A stretch of 64,000 nt of DNA from Bacteroidia bacterium (GTDB taxonomy: Bacteria; Bacteroidota; Bacteroidia; UKL13-3): the NCBI GenBank assembly GCA_965279165.1, contig OZ257140.1, positions 2,936,167 through 3,000,166 of the forward strand. Direction: 5' to 3'. Position numbers and translations under genes: made by a program. The notes beneath the pieces were generated by a model. It had not been told where the DNA came from and did no database searches. It saw nothing but the letters and a program-made list of their open reading frames with translations. Positions 29,499 to 39,942 of the stretch are shown here, in pieces; within the stretch, counting starts at the first letter, position 1, and every line of letters starts with the position of its first letter.

Positions 29499-32400
29499 AT
29501 GTCGAAAAAAGATATAAAATTAAAAAGCAATTTCACCCGTATTCGTATTGGATTGGCATCGCCTGAATCCATCTTACAGCGTTCACATGGTGAAGTAACC
29601 AAACCGGAAACCATTAATTACCGTTCCTTTAAACCGGAAATGGGTGGATTATTCTGCGAAAGAATTTTTGGACCAATTAAGGATTACGAATGCCATTGCG
29701 GAAAATACAAACGTATCCGTTACAAAGGAATCGTTTGCGATCGTTGCGGTGTAGAAGTTACAGAAAAGAAAGTGCGTCGCGAACGCATTGGACATATCAA
29801 CCTGATTGTGCCCGTTGCACACATCTGGTACTTCCGTTCGTTGCCTAATAAAATTGGTTACTTATTGGGAGTTCCTTCCAAGAAATTGGATATGGTTGTT
29901 TATTACGAACGTTATATCGTTTGTCAACCAGGTATCAAAACAGCGGATGGGGTTCAAAACCTGGATTTATTAACTGAAGAAGAATACCTGGATATTCTGG
30001 ATTCGTTACCAAAGGATAACCAACATTTAGATGATAACGATCCTAACAAATTTATCGCCAAAATGGGTGGTGAAGCATTATGGTTCTTATTGTCGCGTAT
30101 CGAACTGGATTCTTTGTCATACGACCTGCGTTTAAAAGCATCAACCGAAACTTCCCAACAACGTAAACAAGAAGCGTTAAAGCGTCTTAAAGTTGTTGAA
30201 GGTTTCCGTGCTTCACAGGTACATGGTGAAAACCGTCCGGAATGGATGGTAGTGAAAATACTACCGGTTATTCCACCGGAATTACGTCCACTCGTTCCAT
30301 TGGAAGGTGGTCGCTTTGCAACTTCCGATTTAAATGATTTATACCGTCGTGTTATTATCCGTAATAACCGTTTGAAACGTTTAGTTGAAATCAAAGCACC
30401 TGAAGTAATTTTACGTAACGAAAAACGTATGTTACAGGAAGCTGTTGATTCGTTGTTCGATAATACCAGAAGAGTAAGTGCAGTAAAAACAGAAGGTAAT
30501 CGTCCATTGAAATCTTTAAGCGATATGCTCAAAGGTAAACAGGGTCGTTTCCGTCAGAATTTATTAGGTAAACGTGTCGATTATTCAGGTCGTTCCGTAA
30601 TTGTGGTTGGACCGAATTTAAAATTACACGAATGCGGTATTCCAAAGAATATGGCTGCCGAATTATTTAAGCCGTTTATCATTCGTAAATTATTAGAGCG
30701 CGGAATTGTAAAAACAGTAAAATCAGCGAAAAAACTGGTTGATCGCAAGGAAGCGGTTATCTGGGATATCCTAGAAAATATTTTAAAAGGACATCCCGTT
30801 TTATTAAACCGTGCTCCTACACTCCATAGATTAGGTATTCAATCTTTCCAGCCAAAATTGGTAGAAGGAAAAGCAATACAATTACATCCTTTGGTTTGTA
30901 CCGGCTTTAATGCGGATTTTGACGGGGATCAGATGGCGGTACACGTTCCATTAGGAAATGCTGCAATCTTGGAAGCCCAAATGTTGATGCTTGCATCGCA
31001 TAATATTTTAAATCCTGCTAATGGTGCTCCAATTGCTGTTCCTTCACAGGATATGGTTTTGGGTCTTTATTACATTACCAAAGCACGTCCTTCAACCAAA
31101 GAACATTTTGTAAAAGGGGAAGGGTTAACATTCTATTCTCCGGAAGAAGCAATTATTGCTTACAACGAGAAGATTGTTGATTTGCATGCAGTTGTGAAAT
31201 GTAAAGTAAGTATCAAAGAAGATGGTCAGTTGGTAAATAAAATTATCGAAACTTCGATGGGTAAAATCCTGTTTAATCAGGTTGTGCCTACTGAATATGG
31301 TTTCATCAACGAATTATTAACCAAGAAAAATCTTCGTGATATCATTGGAAGTATCATCAAAGAATGCGGCATGGACAAATGTGCTAAATTCCTGGATGAA
31401 ATCAAGAGTCTTGGATACCATTACGCATTCAAAGGAGGTTTGTCCTTCAATTTGTCTTATGTAATGATTCCTGCCGAGAAAGAGAAATTTGTGAAGCAGG
31501 CAATGGCTGAAGTAGATGATATCTGGAGTAACTATAACAATGGTTTTATTACCAACAATGAGCGTTACAACCAGGTTATTGATATCTGGACCCGTATTAA
31601 CTCACGTTTGGCAGATACATTATTAAAACAATTAAAGGAAGACCAACAAGGATTCAATCCGATTTATATGATGTTGGATTCGGGTGCACGTGGTTCGAAA
31701 GAACAAATTCGTCAGTTAGGCGGTATGCGTGGATTGATGGCAAAACCTCAGAAAAACCTTTCAGGAGGAACTGGGGAAATCATCGAGAATCCAATTCTTT
31801 CCAACTTCAAGGAAGGTTTATCCGTTATCGAGTACTTTATTTCTACCCACGGTGCGCGTAAAGGTTTGGCCGATACCGCGTTAAAAACTGCGGATGCAGG
31901 TTATTTAACACGTAGGTTACACGACGTTGCGCAAGATGTAGTGGTAAATGAAGAAGATTGCGGAACCTTACGTGGAATTCCAATTTCAGCTCTGAAGGAT
32001 AATGAAGAAATAGTTGAAACATTATACGAGCGTATTTTAGGTCGTACCAGTGTGCATGATATTTATGATCCATTAACAGCAGAATTATATTGTACTTCAG
32101 GCGAAGAAATCACAGAAGATATTGCAACCAAAATTGATTCATCTCCTTTAGAGACAATCGAAATTCGTTCGGTATTAACTTGTGAAACCCGCTTGGGAAC
32201 TTGTTCTAAATGTTATGGAAGAAATCTTGCAACAGGCAGAAAAGTTCAAAGAGGAGAAGCAGTTGGTGTTATTGCTGCACAATCTATTGGTGAGCCGGGT
32301 ACACAGTTAACCCTTCGTACTTTCCACGTGGGTGGTACAGCTTCCAATATTGCTGCTGAATCACAAATGAATGCGAAGTTTGCCGGTATTCTTGAGTTCG

Positions 32401-33794
32401 AAGAAATTCGTACGACAGATATGAGTAACGAAGAAGATGGTAATTTCCAGGTGGTATTAGGTCGTCAAGGCGAAATTCGTATCCTCGATGAAACTACCCG
32501 TCAAACAATTGTTACCATGAATATTCCTTATGGAGCGCATTTGATGGTGAAGAACGGTCAAAAGGTTGCTAAAGGAGATAGAATCTGTAAATGGGATCCA
32601 TACAATGCGGTTATCATTTCGGAACTTGCAGGACAAATTAAGTTCGAAAACATTATTGAGAATGTAACATTCAAAGATGAGTCTGATGAGCAAACCGGTC
32701 ACAAAGAAAAAGTTATTATCGAATCCAAAGACAAGACGAAGATTCCTTCTATCCTTGTTGTAGATAAAAAAGGTAACCCATTACGCGAATACAATATTCC
32801 GGTAGGGTCGCATATTATCGTAGAGAATAAAGATAATATTACTGCCGGACAGATTATGGTGAAACTTCCACGTATCATTGGTAAAACAAGAGATATTACA
32901 GGAGGATTACCACGTGTAACGGAATTATTTGAAGCACGTAATCCTTCTAACCCTGCAGTAGTAACCGAAATCGATGGTGTTGTTAGCTTTGGTGGTATCA
33001 AACGTGGTAACCGTGAGGTAGCAATTACATCAAGAGACGGTGAAACCAAAAAATACCTGGTATCATTATCGAAACATATCTTGGTACAAGAGAATGATTT
33101 TGTGAAAGCAGGATCTTCTTTATCCGATGGTTCTATTTCTCCTCAAGATATCTTGAGAATTGAAGGTCCATTAGCTGTACAACGTTATATTTTGAATGGT
33201 ATCCAAGAAGTTTATCGCTTACAAGGGGTAAAAATCAACGACAAACATATTGAAACTATCGTGCGTCAGATGATGCAGAAAGTGGAAGTAGAAGATGCCG
33301 GTGATACTTTATTCTTAGAAGGCGAAGCGGTTGATAAATGGAACTTTAAATTAACCAACGACTGGATTTACGACAAGAAGGTAGTAATGGATGCGGGCGA
33401 TTCGACCAACTTAAAAGCAGGTCAGATTGTACACGTTCGTAAATTACGCGACGAGAACTCCATGCTAAAACGCCAAGATAAAAAACTGGTTCAAGTGCGT
33501 GATGCAGTTCCGGCAACTTCGAGCCAGGTGATTATGGGTATTACCAAAGCTTCTTTGGGTACACATAGTTTCATGAGTGCTGCATCGTTCCAGGAAACAA
33601 CCAAAGTATTGAACGAAGCTGCTATCTCAGGTAAAGTAGATAACATGCTTGGATTAAAAGAAAACGTAATTGTTGGACATTTAATTCCTGCCGGTACCGG
33701 TATGCGTGATTACGAAAAACTAGTTGTAGGATCAAGAGAAGAATATGAAATGTTGATGGCTTCCAAAGCGGAAAACTTAGCAAATCAGAACTAA
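29499..33794 (+). CDS. rpoC: DNA-directed RNA polymerase subunit beta'
   Basis: 1431 aa with a zinc-binding [20 protein letters not shown] and the catalytic NADFDGD motif. Confidence 0.97.
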   Translation: MSKKDIKLKSNFTRIRIGLASPESILQRSHGEVTKPETINYRSFKPEMGGLFCERIFGPIKDYECHCGKYKRIRYKGIVCDRCGVEVTEKKVRRERIGHINLIVPVAHIWYFRSLPNKIGYLLGVPSKKLDMVVYYERYIVCQPGIKTADGVQNLDLLTEEEYLDILDSLPKDNQHLDDNDPNKFIAKMGGEALWFLLSRIELDSLSYDLRLKASTETSQQRKQEALKRLKVVEGFRASQVHGENRPEWMVVKILPVIPPELRPLVPLEGGRFATSDLNDLYRRVIIRNNRLKRLVEIKAPEVILRNEKRMLQEAVDSLFDNTRRVSAVKTEGNRPLKSLSDMLKGKQGRFRQNLLGKRVDYSGRSVIVVGPNLKLHECGIPKNMAAELFKPFIIRKLLERGIVKTVKSAKKLVDRKEAVIWDILENILKGHPVLLNRAPTLHRLGIQSFQPKLVEGKAIQLHPLVCTGFNADFDGDQMAVHVPLGNAAILEAQMLMLASHNILNPANGAPIAVPSQDMVLGLYYITKARPSTKEHFVKGEGLTFYSPEEAIIAYNEKIVDLHAVVKCKVSIKEDGQLVNKIIETSMGKILFNQVVPTEYGFINELLTKKNLRDIIGSIIKECGMDKCAKFLDEIKSLGYHYAFKGGLSFNLSYVMIPAEKEKFVKQAMAEVDDIWSNYNNGFITNNERYNQVIDIWTRINSRLADTLLKQLKEDQQGFNPIYMMLDSGARGSKEQIRQLGGMRGLMAKPQKNLSGGTGEIIENPILSNFKEGLSVIEYFISTHGARKGLADTALKTADAGYLTRRLHDVAQDVVVNEEDCGTLRGIPISALKDNEEIVETLYERILGRTSVHDIYDPLTAELYCTSGEEITEDIATKIDSSPLETIEIRSVLTCETRLGTCSKCYGRNLATGRKVQRGEAVGVIAAQSIGEPGTQLTLRTFHVGGTASNIAAESQMNAKFAGILEFEEIRTTDMSNEEDGNFQVVLGRQGEIRILDETTRQTIVTMNIPYGAHLMVKNGQKVAKGDRICKWDPYNAVIISELAGQIKFENIIENVTFKDESDEQTGHKEKVIIESKDKTKIPSILVVDKKGNPLREYNIPVGSHIIVENKDNITAGQIMVKLPRIIGKTRDITGGLPRVTELFEARNPSNPAVVTEIDGVVSFGGIKRGNREVAITSRDGETKKYLVSLSKHILVQENDFVKAGSSLSDGSISPQDILRIEGPLAVQRYILNGIQEVYRLQGVKINDKHIETIVRQMMQKVEVEDAGDTLFLEGEAVDKWNFKLTNDWIYDKKVVMDAGDSTNLKAGQIVHVRKLRDENSMLKRQDKKLVQVRDAVPATSSQVIMGITKASLGTHSFMSAASFQETTKVLNEAAISGKVDNMLGLKENVIVGHLIPAGTGMRDYEKLVVGSREEYEMLMASKAENLANQN

Positions 33795-33814
33795 TCTTAT
33801 AACCTTATAATATA

Positions 33815-33854
33815 AAGCCCTTCCTGAGTTTCAGGAGGGGCTTTTTGTTTTTTT
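33815..33854 (+). terminator. rho-independent terminator after rpoC
   Basis: gcccttcctga-gtt-tcaggaggggc is an 11-bp stem with 1 mismatch, followed by tttttgttttttt. It is preceded by a cttataa repeat (33795-33815) directly after the stop. Confidence 0.8.
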
Positions 33855-33918
33855 AAGGGGATCTAAATTTATTCTTTGAAACTCCGCATTTCCATTAAAT
33901 GGACTTTTTGAGGAACGA

Positions 33919-34260
33919 CTAATTAATTTCTAAACAGCCTGTATCAACGTAGTTATTGTCGGTTAGAAAGGCTTTTATTATATCCGAATGGGTATGAATG
34001 ACCTTTATTAAATTGTCTGTTGATGTATTTCCCATCCTCAGCCAAATTACTTTAGGTGGATGTCCATATAGAGTTACAAGGTCATAAAAATCAGCATCAA
34101 AGGTCACAATCGAATAATGCTCCCTTTTTGCGAAATCCCATATTTCACGGTCACTCTTATTTTCCAAGCCTAATTCTCTAACTTGGCCGCATTCGGGGAA
34201 TGTAAGTTTGAGATTTAATGCAACTCGGAATGAAATATTTTGATCGAATAAGAGTTTCAC
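33919..34260 (-). CDS. DUF5615-family PIN-like putative toxin
   Basis: 113 aa; MKLLFDQNIS ... DREIWDFAKREHYSIVTFDADF ... HPPKVIWLRMGN matches the DUF5615 pattern. Its start overlaps the upstream DUF433 gene by ATGA. Confidence 0.7.
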   Translation of the reverse strand: MKLLFDQNISFRVALNLKLTFPECGQVRELGLENKSDREIWDFAKREHYSIVTFDADFYDLVTLYGHPPKVIWLRMGNTSTDNLIKVIHTHSDIIKAFLTDNNYVDTGCLEIN

Positions 34261-34481
34261 GAAGCAATGAGAATTTTATGCTCCCTGTCAGCTGCATAGG
34301 AAAGGGCTGCTTGAATGTCTTCTAATTTCAATTCAGGAAAGTCTTTAAGTATCTCTTGAGTTGTCATTCCTGAAGCAAACCAGCTCAAAATATCATAAAC
34401 GCTAATTCTCATTCCACGAATGGTTGGACGACCGAATCTGGTCTGCGCATCAATGGTGATTCTTTCTGAATAGTGTTCCAT
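34257..34481 (-). CDS. DUF433-family putative antitoxin
   Basis: 74 aa; FGRPTIRGMRISVYDILSWFASGMTTQEILKDFPELKLEDIQAALSYAA matches the DUF433 consensus. Confidence 0.7.
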   Translation of the reverse strand: MEHYSERITIDAQTRFGRPTIRGMRISVYDILSWFASGMTTQEILKDFPELKLEDIQAALSYAADREHKILIAS

Positions 34482-34720
34482 TCCGCTAATTTAATGAAAA
34501 AGCATTTAGTTTCATAATTGATGTATATGGCATTACAACGACGTTCTCGCCGACGTCTCGTCCGTGAACCTATCGTTTAATACAATTCCCAAAAATAGCC
34601 ACCATAATTTCGATTTAGATTGGCTTCACTTTATGGACCAATTAAGGCTTTAGCAATACTATAAACTTATTTAAATAATCACGGACGTGACGTTAGCGAG
34701 AACGGTTTTAAAAAGCAAGC

Positions 34721-35605
34721 CTATCGCGACTGTTCATAAATTTCTACCAAATTGGCTTTTAATTTAGAATGTTGGAAAAACCCGGGTTCGTTTAAGATAG
34801 AATTGTAGTAAATTTCTTGTTGAAGTTCCGGTTCTTCTGCTAAACTGTTGTAATGTGCCAATAAAACATCGTATAGTTTATCAATGTGTCGATCATAGTA
34901 AAATTCCATTTTTTCATAACCCATTATTTCGAAATCTGCCATATTGAAACTCTTAAAATAATAATAGTAGTTGTTGTTAAAAGTTGGCAAACGATTGCAA
35001 TAAGAAACAATTCTTTGTGGATTTTTAATTTGAATCAACGTTTGAAAACGGGCTGCAACCAATGCTTCTAATAGGTTTACAAAAAATATGGTACGCTCGG
35101 TAGAATCTTTTAATCCATAGGAATCTATGTCGATATTGGTGGCACTTAAATCGGTATTGGTAATTAAGTTGCCTAGTCCACCATTTATCCGATAATAGTA
35201 ATTGTCGAGCAACCAACGTTCGTCTATTTGTTTGGTTAAAGTTTCTTTCGCCACATCCATATCGGGTCTAGGTTTTTTTGTTTTACTGATGCGGTTATAA
35301 TGTATTTCTCTTACAACATACCATAGCAACATTTCAAATCGTTCGGGTCTTTGCATAAAAGTGGAAGTAAATAATGCAGGAGTTCCTTTGTTCGAAAGAA
35401 TCATGGCATCGGCAAGTTTATTGAGTAATGGTGTTCTTAACGAATCTATCGATTTAGCAAAATGGTCGTTTTTTGCAACCATATTGCCCGAATAAAATTG
35501 GCTCATGGCAACCAAGTTTTGTATATCTGCATAAGCAAATTTTACTTGGGCATTAATAGTGGTTGCCAATAGAAGGCAAAAAATGGACAGGGATTTTCTA
35601 GACAT
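34721..35605 (-). CDS. hypothetical secreted protein
   Basis: 294 aa with an N-terminal signal peptide (MSRKSLSIFCLLLATTINAQ). It is Tyr/Asn-rich and I do not recognise any domain. Confidence 0.55.
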   Translation of the reverse strand: MSRKSLSIFCLLLATTINAQVKFAYADIQNLVAMSQFYSGNMVAKNDHFAKSIDSLRTPLLNKLADAMILSNKGTPALFTSTFMQRPERFEMLLWYVVREIHYNRISKTKKPRPDMDVAKETLTKQIDERWLLDNYYYRINGGLGNLITNTDLSATNIDIDSYGLKDSTERTIFFVNLLEALVAARFQTLIQIKNPQRIVSYCNRLPTFNNNYYYYFKSFNMADFEIMGYEKMEFYYDRHIDKLYDVLLAHYNSLAEEPELQQEIYYNSILNEPGFFQHSKLKANLVEIYEQSR

Positions 35606-35800
35606 GGATGTATGGTTTGGATGGAACTTTTAATACCTGCACAATTTATCAAAAAAAATGAATTTTGCTAATTCTACAAACATTTGCTTAATCGCAATAA
35701 CTATTACCACGTATTTGATCCGATTATCTTTATTCCTCTCCCGTTGCAATCCATTGAAAATTCGATTTGAAAAATATACATTTGTTTAAACTTCAATCCC

Positions 35801-36499
35801 ATGAAAAGATTATTCCTCATTGCTTTCGGATTTGTAATTACTTCCAATACATTGATTGCACAGGTTAAAAGTGGCATCACTTCTTTAACTTTTAATGGCT
35901 ATGCCAGGGCCATGACAGTAGGTGATGACAAAGATGAGATTGACTTGCGTTTTGTTGGTTCTACCTCTACCCGCATAGGGGATAGTTTATTGTCGGATAT
36001 GATATTAACTTATTCGGAACAGGAAATCGGAAAATTTCTAGGGCATGATTTGTTACCGGTATCCCGTGTTAGAAGTAAAAATACCCCGGATGATTTAAAT
36101 GGATCCTTGTTTGTGATGGAAACCATCACTGAAAAGAAGGCATTTAAAGAACTTGATTACGACGAAGTAATTACCATACAATGTAGTATTAACCGAAATA
36201 GCTCGAAAACGGTGAAAGGCAACAAAATGTATGAACCGATCATTACATTGAATATTCGCATTACAGGAAGAGACGGAGAAAAAATTTATAAGAAAAGTGA
36301 GTCGTTAAAATTGAAAGATCAATGGATAGCTGCAGCATTAATTGAAGAAAAACAGGCGGATGGAAAGTTCGACGTGTCGTTAAAAAATCTAAAAACCGTT
36401 ACCGTGGATACCGGTGGCAGCGATATGGCAAAAGGTGTGAGTGCCGTTGAATTACTTGACTGGTATAAACAAGTTTTAGGGAATGCGCTTATTCGATAG
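35801..36499 (+). CDS. hypothetical secreted protein
   Basis: 232 aa with a signal peptide (MKRLFLIAFGFVITSNTLIAQ). No domain recognised. Confidence 0.55.
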   Translation: MKRLFLIAFGFVITSNTLIAQVKSGITSLTFNGYARAMTVGDDKDEIDLRFVGSTSTRIGDSLLSDMILTYSEQEIGKFLGHDLLPVSRVRSKNTPDDLNGSLFVMETITEKKAFKELDYDEVITIQCSINRNSSKTVKGNKMYEPIITLNIRITGRDGEKIYKKSESLKLKDQWIAAALIEEKQADGKFDVSLKNLKTVTVDTGGSDMAKGVSAVELLDWYKQVLGNALIR

Positions 36500-36576
36500 T
36501 GTTGAAGTGTTGCCCACCTTCGCTAAAGCTACGGTGGACGAGTGTTGAAGTGTTAAGGTGTTAAGGTGTTGAAGTA
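36500..36576. repeat. GTGTTRAG octamer tandem repeat island
   Basis: The sequence gtgttgaagtgttgcc ... gagtgttgaagtgttaaggtgttaaggtgttgaagtac starts at the stop codon of 35801-36499. The repeats bracket a short hairpin ccacc-ttcgctaaagctac-ggtgg. Confidence 0.8.
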
Positions 36577-36712
36577 CGGGTAGTAGAGACCACTCAACAG
36601 TTTTCGTGACTAGGCCTAATTACGTATTTACTCAATTACTTAATTACTTCTTTCATGTTTTTTGTCACAAATGACCTAAGTCATCTTTAATAAGCCAGTT
36701 ATGGGTTAACCT

Positions 36713-38545
36713 TTGCTGCAAATGAATGAAATAACAACTAAAGGTCATACCTTTCATATACCGGTAATGGGATTGGCATATACCATTGACACTCCTTTAA
36801 AAGTAGCGAAATACGGAATATCTTCAGTAATTTCTATTGTGGAAGATGTATTGATAGAACAAATGCGGGAATTCCACGCCAAACAGGCCGGAATAGTATT
36901 TAATCCAATACCAATAGATTCAAAAGATTGTCGTGCAAATCGCATTACTGCATACCTAAATTTGGTGCATCAATTGGTGAACGAACAAATCTCTGCCTTA
37001 AAAATTTCTGATTTTTCAAAAGGGTCGGAATTACATAAATACTTTGAATTGTTACCTGAAAATGCTGCACTCAAATTAGTTTATAACAATATGTTAGTTA
37101 TGCAAGAGGGTAAGGATAAAGAAGCTTTGCAAACTTATTTAAAGGATAATATTGTTGCCGGCGATATTGATGTAAACATTATGTCGAAGGCCGATCGGTT
37201 TACCTTTACCAAAGCCGGTGATGCAATTATCGACGAAAATTCGATGGCACTTGCTGCCTTACGCGGTTTTGCCAATAGCAATCTTACCTCTTCTGTGGTA
37301 TTATCAGCAGGATTTAATCCACGGTTGTATGCCTACCTCGAAAATTTCAAAGATTTTTTTCCGGATGCAAAAGGACAAGTAAAAAAGAAGATCATTTTAA
37401 AAGTAAGTGATTACCGTTCGGCATTAACACAAGGAAAATTACTGGCAAAGAAAGGGGTATGGATTTCAGAATATAGGATTGAATCCGGTTTGAATTGCGG
37501 AGGTCATGCCTTTGCTACAGATGGAATTTTACTTGGGCCGATTTTAGAAGAATTTAAAAGGAACCGCGATTCCTTGCAAAAGGAATTGTATACGATGTGT
37601 AATCTTGCGCTTGAAGCAAAAGGAGCAATTCCATTTGCAGGTATTCCTATTATGAAAATATCAGTACAAGGTGGTGTTGGTACTTCTTTGGAAAACGATT
37701 TATTACTCGATTATTATAAAGCCGATAGCATTGGATGGGGAAGTCCGTTTTTGCTGGTTCCGGAAGCTACCAATGTAGATGAAGAAACATTGAATCAATT
37801 GGCAAATGCACAAAAAGAGGATTATTACTTGAGTCATTCATCACCTTTCGGAATACCATTTAATAATTTTCATCCTTCATCCTCACAGCAACAACGTTTA
37901 CAAAGAATAGAAAAAGGTGTTCCCGGAAGTCCTTGTTATAAAAAAGGCCTGGCTAGCAATACCGAATTTACAAAGGAACCTATTTGCACTGCTTCAAGGG
38001 AATACCAGCATCTAAAGATTAAACAGTTGCAAAGTGCAGGATTGCCTGAAGCTGAATATTTAGATGCTTATAACGCTGTTATCGAAAAGGAATGCCTTTG
38101 TGAAGGACTTGCAGCATCTGCTATTATTAAGAATGACATCAAACCATTGCATAAATTAAAAGCAGTTGCTATTTGCCCTGGACCAAACCTTGCCTTTTTC
38201 TCCGGTAAATTTACCCTTGCAGAGATGGTAGGACATATTTATGGTCGTTTTAATATTCTAAACCAGGAAAGAAGACCACATATGTTTGTTAACGAACTCA
38301 AGTTGTATGTAGATTATTATAAGAATGAATTAAATAAGAATGTGCAGGAATTAACAGCAAATAAAGCACGTCAACTCAAATCATTCCAAACCAACCTGCT
38401 CGAAGGAATTGACTACTACAATAAACTAATTGGTGAGTTGAAAATTGATGCGGAAAAATTTGTTGAAGACATGAAACAGGATTTGCTTGAATTAGAAGCG
38501 GTTTTGAGGCATCTTACGTACGACAAAGAAATGAGTAGAATTTGA
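36713..38545 (+). CDS. hypothetical protein (610 aa), unrecognised family
   Basis: It is a long ORF with coding-like composition and no signal peptide. It contains ESGLNCGGHAF and Cys-containing segments (KECLCEGLAASAII, AVAICPGPN), and the C-terminus is coiled-coil-like. I could not assign a family from the sequence. Confidence 0.6.
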   Translation: MLQMNEITTKGHTFHIPVMGLAYTIDTPLKVAKYGISSVISIVEDVLIEQMREFHAKQAGIVFNPIPIDSKDCRANRITAYLNLVHQLVNEQISALKISDFSKGSELHKYFELLPENAALKLVYNNMLVMQEGKDKEALQTYLKDNIVAGDIDVNIMSKADRFTFTKAGDAIIDENSMALAALRGFANSNLTSSVVLSAGFNPRLYAYLENFKDFFPDAKGQVKKKIILKVSDYRSALTQGKLLAKKGVWISEYRIESGLNCGGHAFATDGILLGPILEEFKRNRDSLQKELYTMCNLALEAKGAIPFAGIPIMKISVQGGVGTSLENDLLLDYYKADSIGWGSPFLLVPEATNVDEETLNQLANAQKEDYYLSHSSPFGIPFNNFHPSSSQQQRLQRIEKGVPGSPCYKKGLASNTEFTKEPICTASREYQHLKIKQLQSAGLPEAEYLDAYNAVIEKECLCEGLAASAIIKNDIKPLHKLKAVAICPGPNLAFFSGKFTLAEMVGHIYGRFNILNQERRPHMFVNELKLYVDYYKNELNKNVQELTANKARQLKSFQTNLLEGIDYYNKLIGELKIDAEKFVEDMKQDLLELEAVLRHLTYDKEMSRI

Positions 38546-38578
38546 GTAGGAGGCAGGAGGCAGGAGGCAAGAGGCAGG
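38546..38578. repeat. GGCARGAG purine-rich tandem repeat
   Basis: ggaggcaggaggcaggaggcaagaggcagg starts right after the stop of 36713-38545. A relative, agaggcaagaggcaagaggcattagacaggaggcaagag, is at 5149-5187 after mltG. Confidence 0.8.
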
Positions 38579-38700
38579 TGTGGGATATTTGAATCTGTTT
38601 TGGTATAAAGTACCATGCAAGAATTCAATCGCCGCATGTAAAAAGGTATCGTACCTCCTTGTTTTTATCTTGCGGGATTAAAACATTCATCATTCATCAT

Positions 38701-39084
38701 TCATCCCTCATAAAACTCAATAGGCAAATGATCCGGATCTGCAATAAAGGTAAATCGTTTGCCGGTAGTTTCATCCGTGCGAATTGGTTCAGGTAGGATA
38801 TTCTTTGCTTTTAAATAGTCAATCCAGTTGTCGAGATTGTCAACTGTAAATGCAATATGTCGTAAGCCCATTGCTTCGGGGTAGGAGGGTCGAGCCGGGG
38901 CTGAAGGGAAAGTAAAAAGTTCAAGTCTATAATTTCCATCTAACGAAAGGTCAATTTTATGGCTATTTCGGTCTGCCCGATACGTTTCATTCACCAATTT
39001 AAATCCTAGAATTTCGATATAAAATTTACGGGACAACGCAAGATTGGAACAAATAATGGCAACATGATGGATTCCTTTTAGCAT
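38701..39084 (-). CDS. VOC family protein (glyoxalase/bleomycin resistance/dioxygenase fold)
   Basis: 127 aa; GIHHVAIICSNLALSRKFYIEILGF ... LRHIAFTVDNL are the paired beta-alpha-beta-beta-beta modules typical of VOC proteins. Confidence 0.75.
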   Translation of the reverse strand: MLKGIHHVAIICSNLALSRKFYIEILGFKLVNETYRADRNSHKIDLSLDGNYRLELFTFPSAPARPSYPEAMGLRHIAFTVDNLDNWIDYLKAKNILPEPIRTDETTGKRFTFIADPDHLPIEFYEG

Positions 39085-39090
39085 ATCATT

Positions 39091-39939
39091 TCAATGGTTA
39101 AAACGATAGGAATCGGACTTAAAAGGAGTATCTAAATATCGTTTAACCGTTGTATTAAATAAGTCGGGGTTTTGCCTGCAAATAAAATGGGTTTCGCCGG
39201 GAAGTATGCACAAATTGGCTTTGGGGATATTTTTATAAATGTATAAAGAATGTTCTTCCTTTATCAGGTCTCTGTCGCACGACATAACCAATACCGGTAT
39301 TTTAATTTTTTGTAATTGTTCTTTAGAAATATGGGGTTGGAATTCCATCATACGGTACCGAAGCGCTATGGTTTTCCAATCCGATGAGGTATCCTTTAAT
39401 CCGATATTAAACTCTGCTTTTTCTCTGATTGATTTCATTTCTTCAACTGTTCTTGGATGCAAGGCAGTTGTGTCGGGAACTATATTGGCACCAAAAGCTA
39501 CAATTTTTTGTATATGCTCAGGGAAGTAAACGCCAAGCAAAAGGCCGAGAATTCCACCATCACTTTTACCTATTACCAATACGGAATCTAATTGCATCAC
39601 TTTAATAAATGCAGCAACATCTTCAGCCAATTGAATATAACTGAGCGTATCCTTACCAAGGGATGATTTTCCTCTACCTCTGTTATCCAAGGCAAAAACT
39701 TTATAGTATCTTGAGAAGTAAGCTATTTGTGGACCCCATCCACTAATTCCAGTGCCATTACCATGCAATAAAAGTAATGGTTGACCGGCACCATATGTTT
39801 CGTAGTAATGATTGACGCCATGAATGGAAATATATTGACCGGCATTTTTATTGTTACCATAAGGCAAAGGATTTTGTGCCAATGCAATGCAATGCACGAA
39901 TACAAAAGTTAATATGACTAACAGAATTTTGGGTTTCAT
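39091..39939 (-). CDS. alpha/beta-fold hydrolase
   Basis: It has a signal peptide, the oxyanion-hole motif LLLLHGNG, and a nucleophile elbow GKSDGG. Confidence 0.75.
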   Translation of the reverse strand: MKPKILLVILTFVFVHCIALAQNPLPYGNNKNAGQYISIHGVNHYYETYGAGQPLLLLHGNGTGISGWGPQIAYFSRYYKVFALDNRGRGKSSLGKDTLSYIQLAEDVAAFIKVMQLDSVLVIGKSDGGILGLLLGVYFPEHIQKIVAFGANIVPDTTALHPRTVEEMKSIREKAEFNIGLKDTSSDWKTIALRYRMMEFQPHISKEQLQKIKIPVLVMSCDRDLIKEEHSLYIYKNIPKANLCILPGETHFICRQNPDLFNTTVKRYLDTPFKSDSYRFNH

Positions 39940-39942
39940 ATT

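Noticed and set aside
25590-33794. Numerous antisense or internal ORFs of 60-200 aa inside rpoB, rpoC and other long genes, for example 27851-28489 (-), 29954-30532 (-) and 32699-33049 (-).
   Set aside because: They are wholly contained in well-supported genes on the opposite strand and have low-complexity or Ser/Pro-rich translations typical of antisense noise.
38416-38637. A minus-strand 73-aa ORF is preceded by an AAGGAGGT motif.
   Set aside because: The SD-like motif is the complement of the CCTCCTT loop of the duplicated hairpin element, and the spacing to the ATG is too long (~16 nt). The ORF is antisense to the 3' end of the 610-aa gene and reads through the GGCARGAG repeats, so it is very likely spurious.
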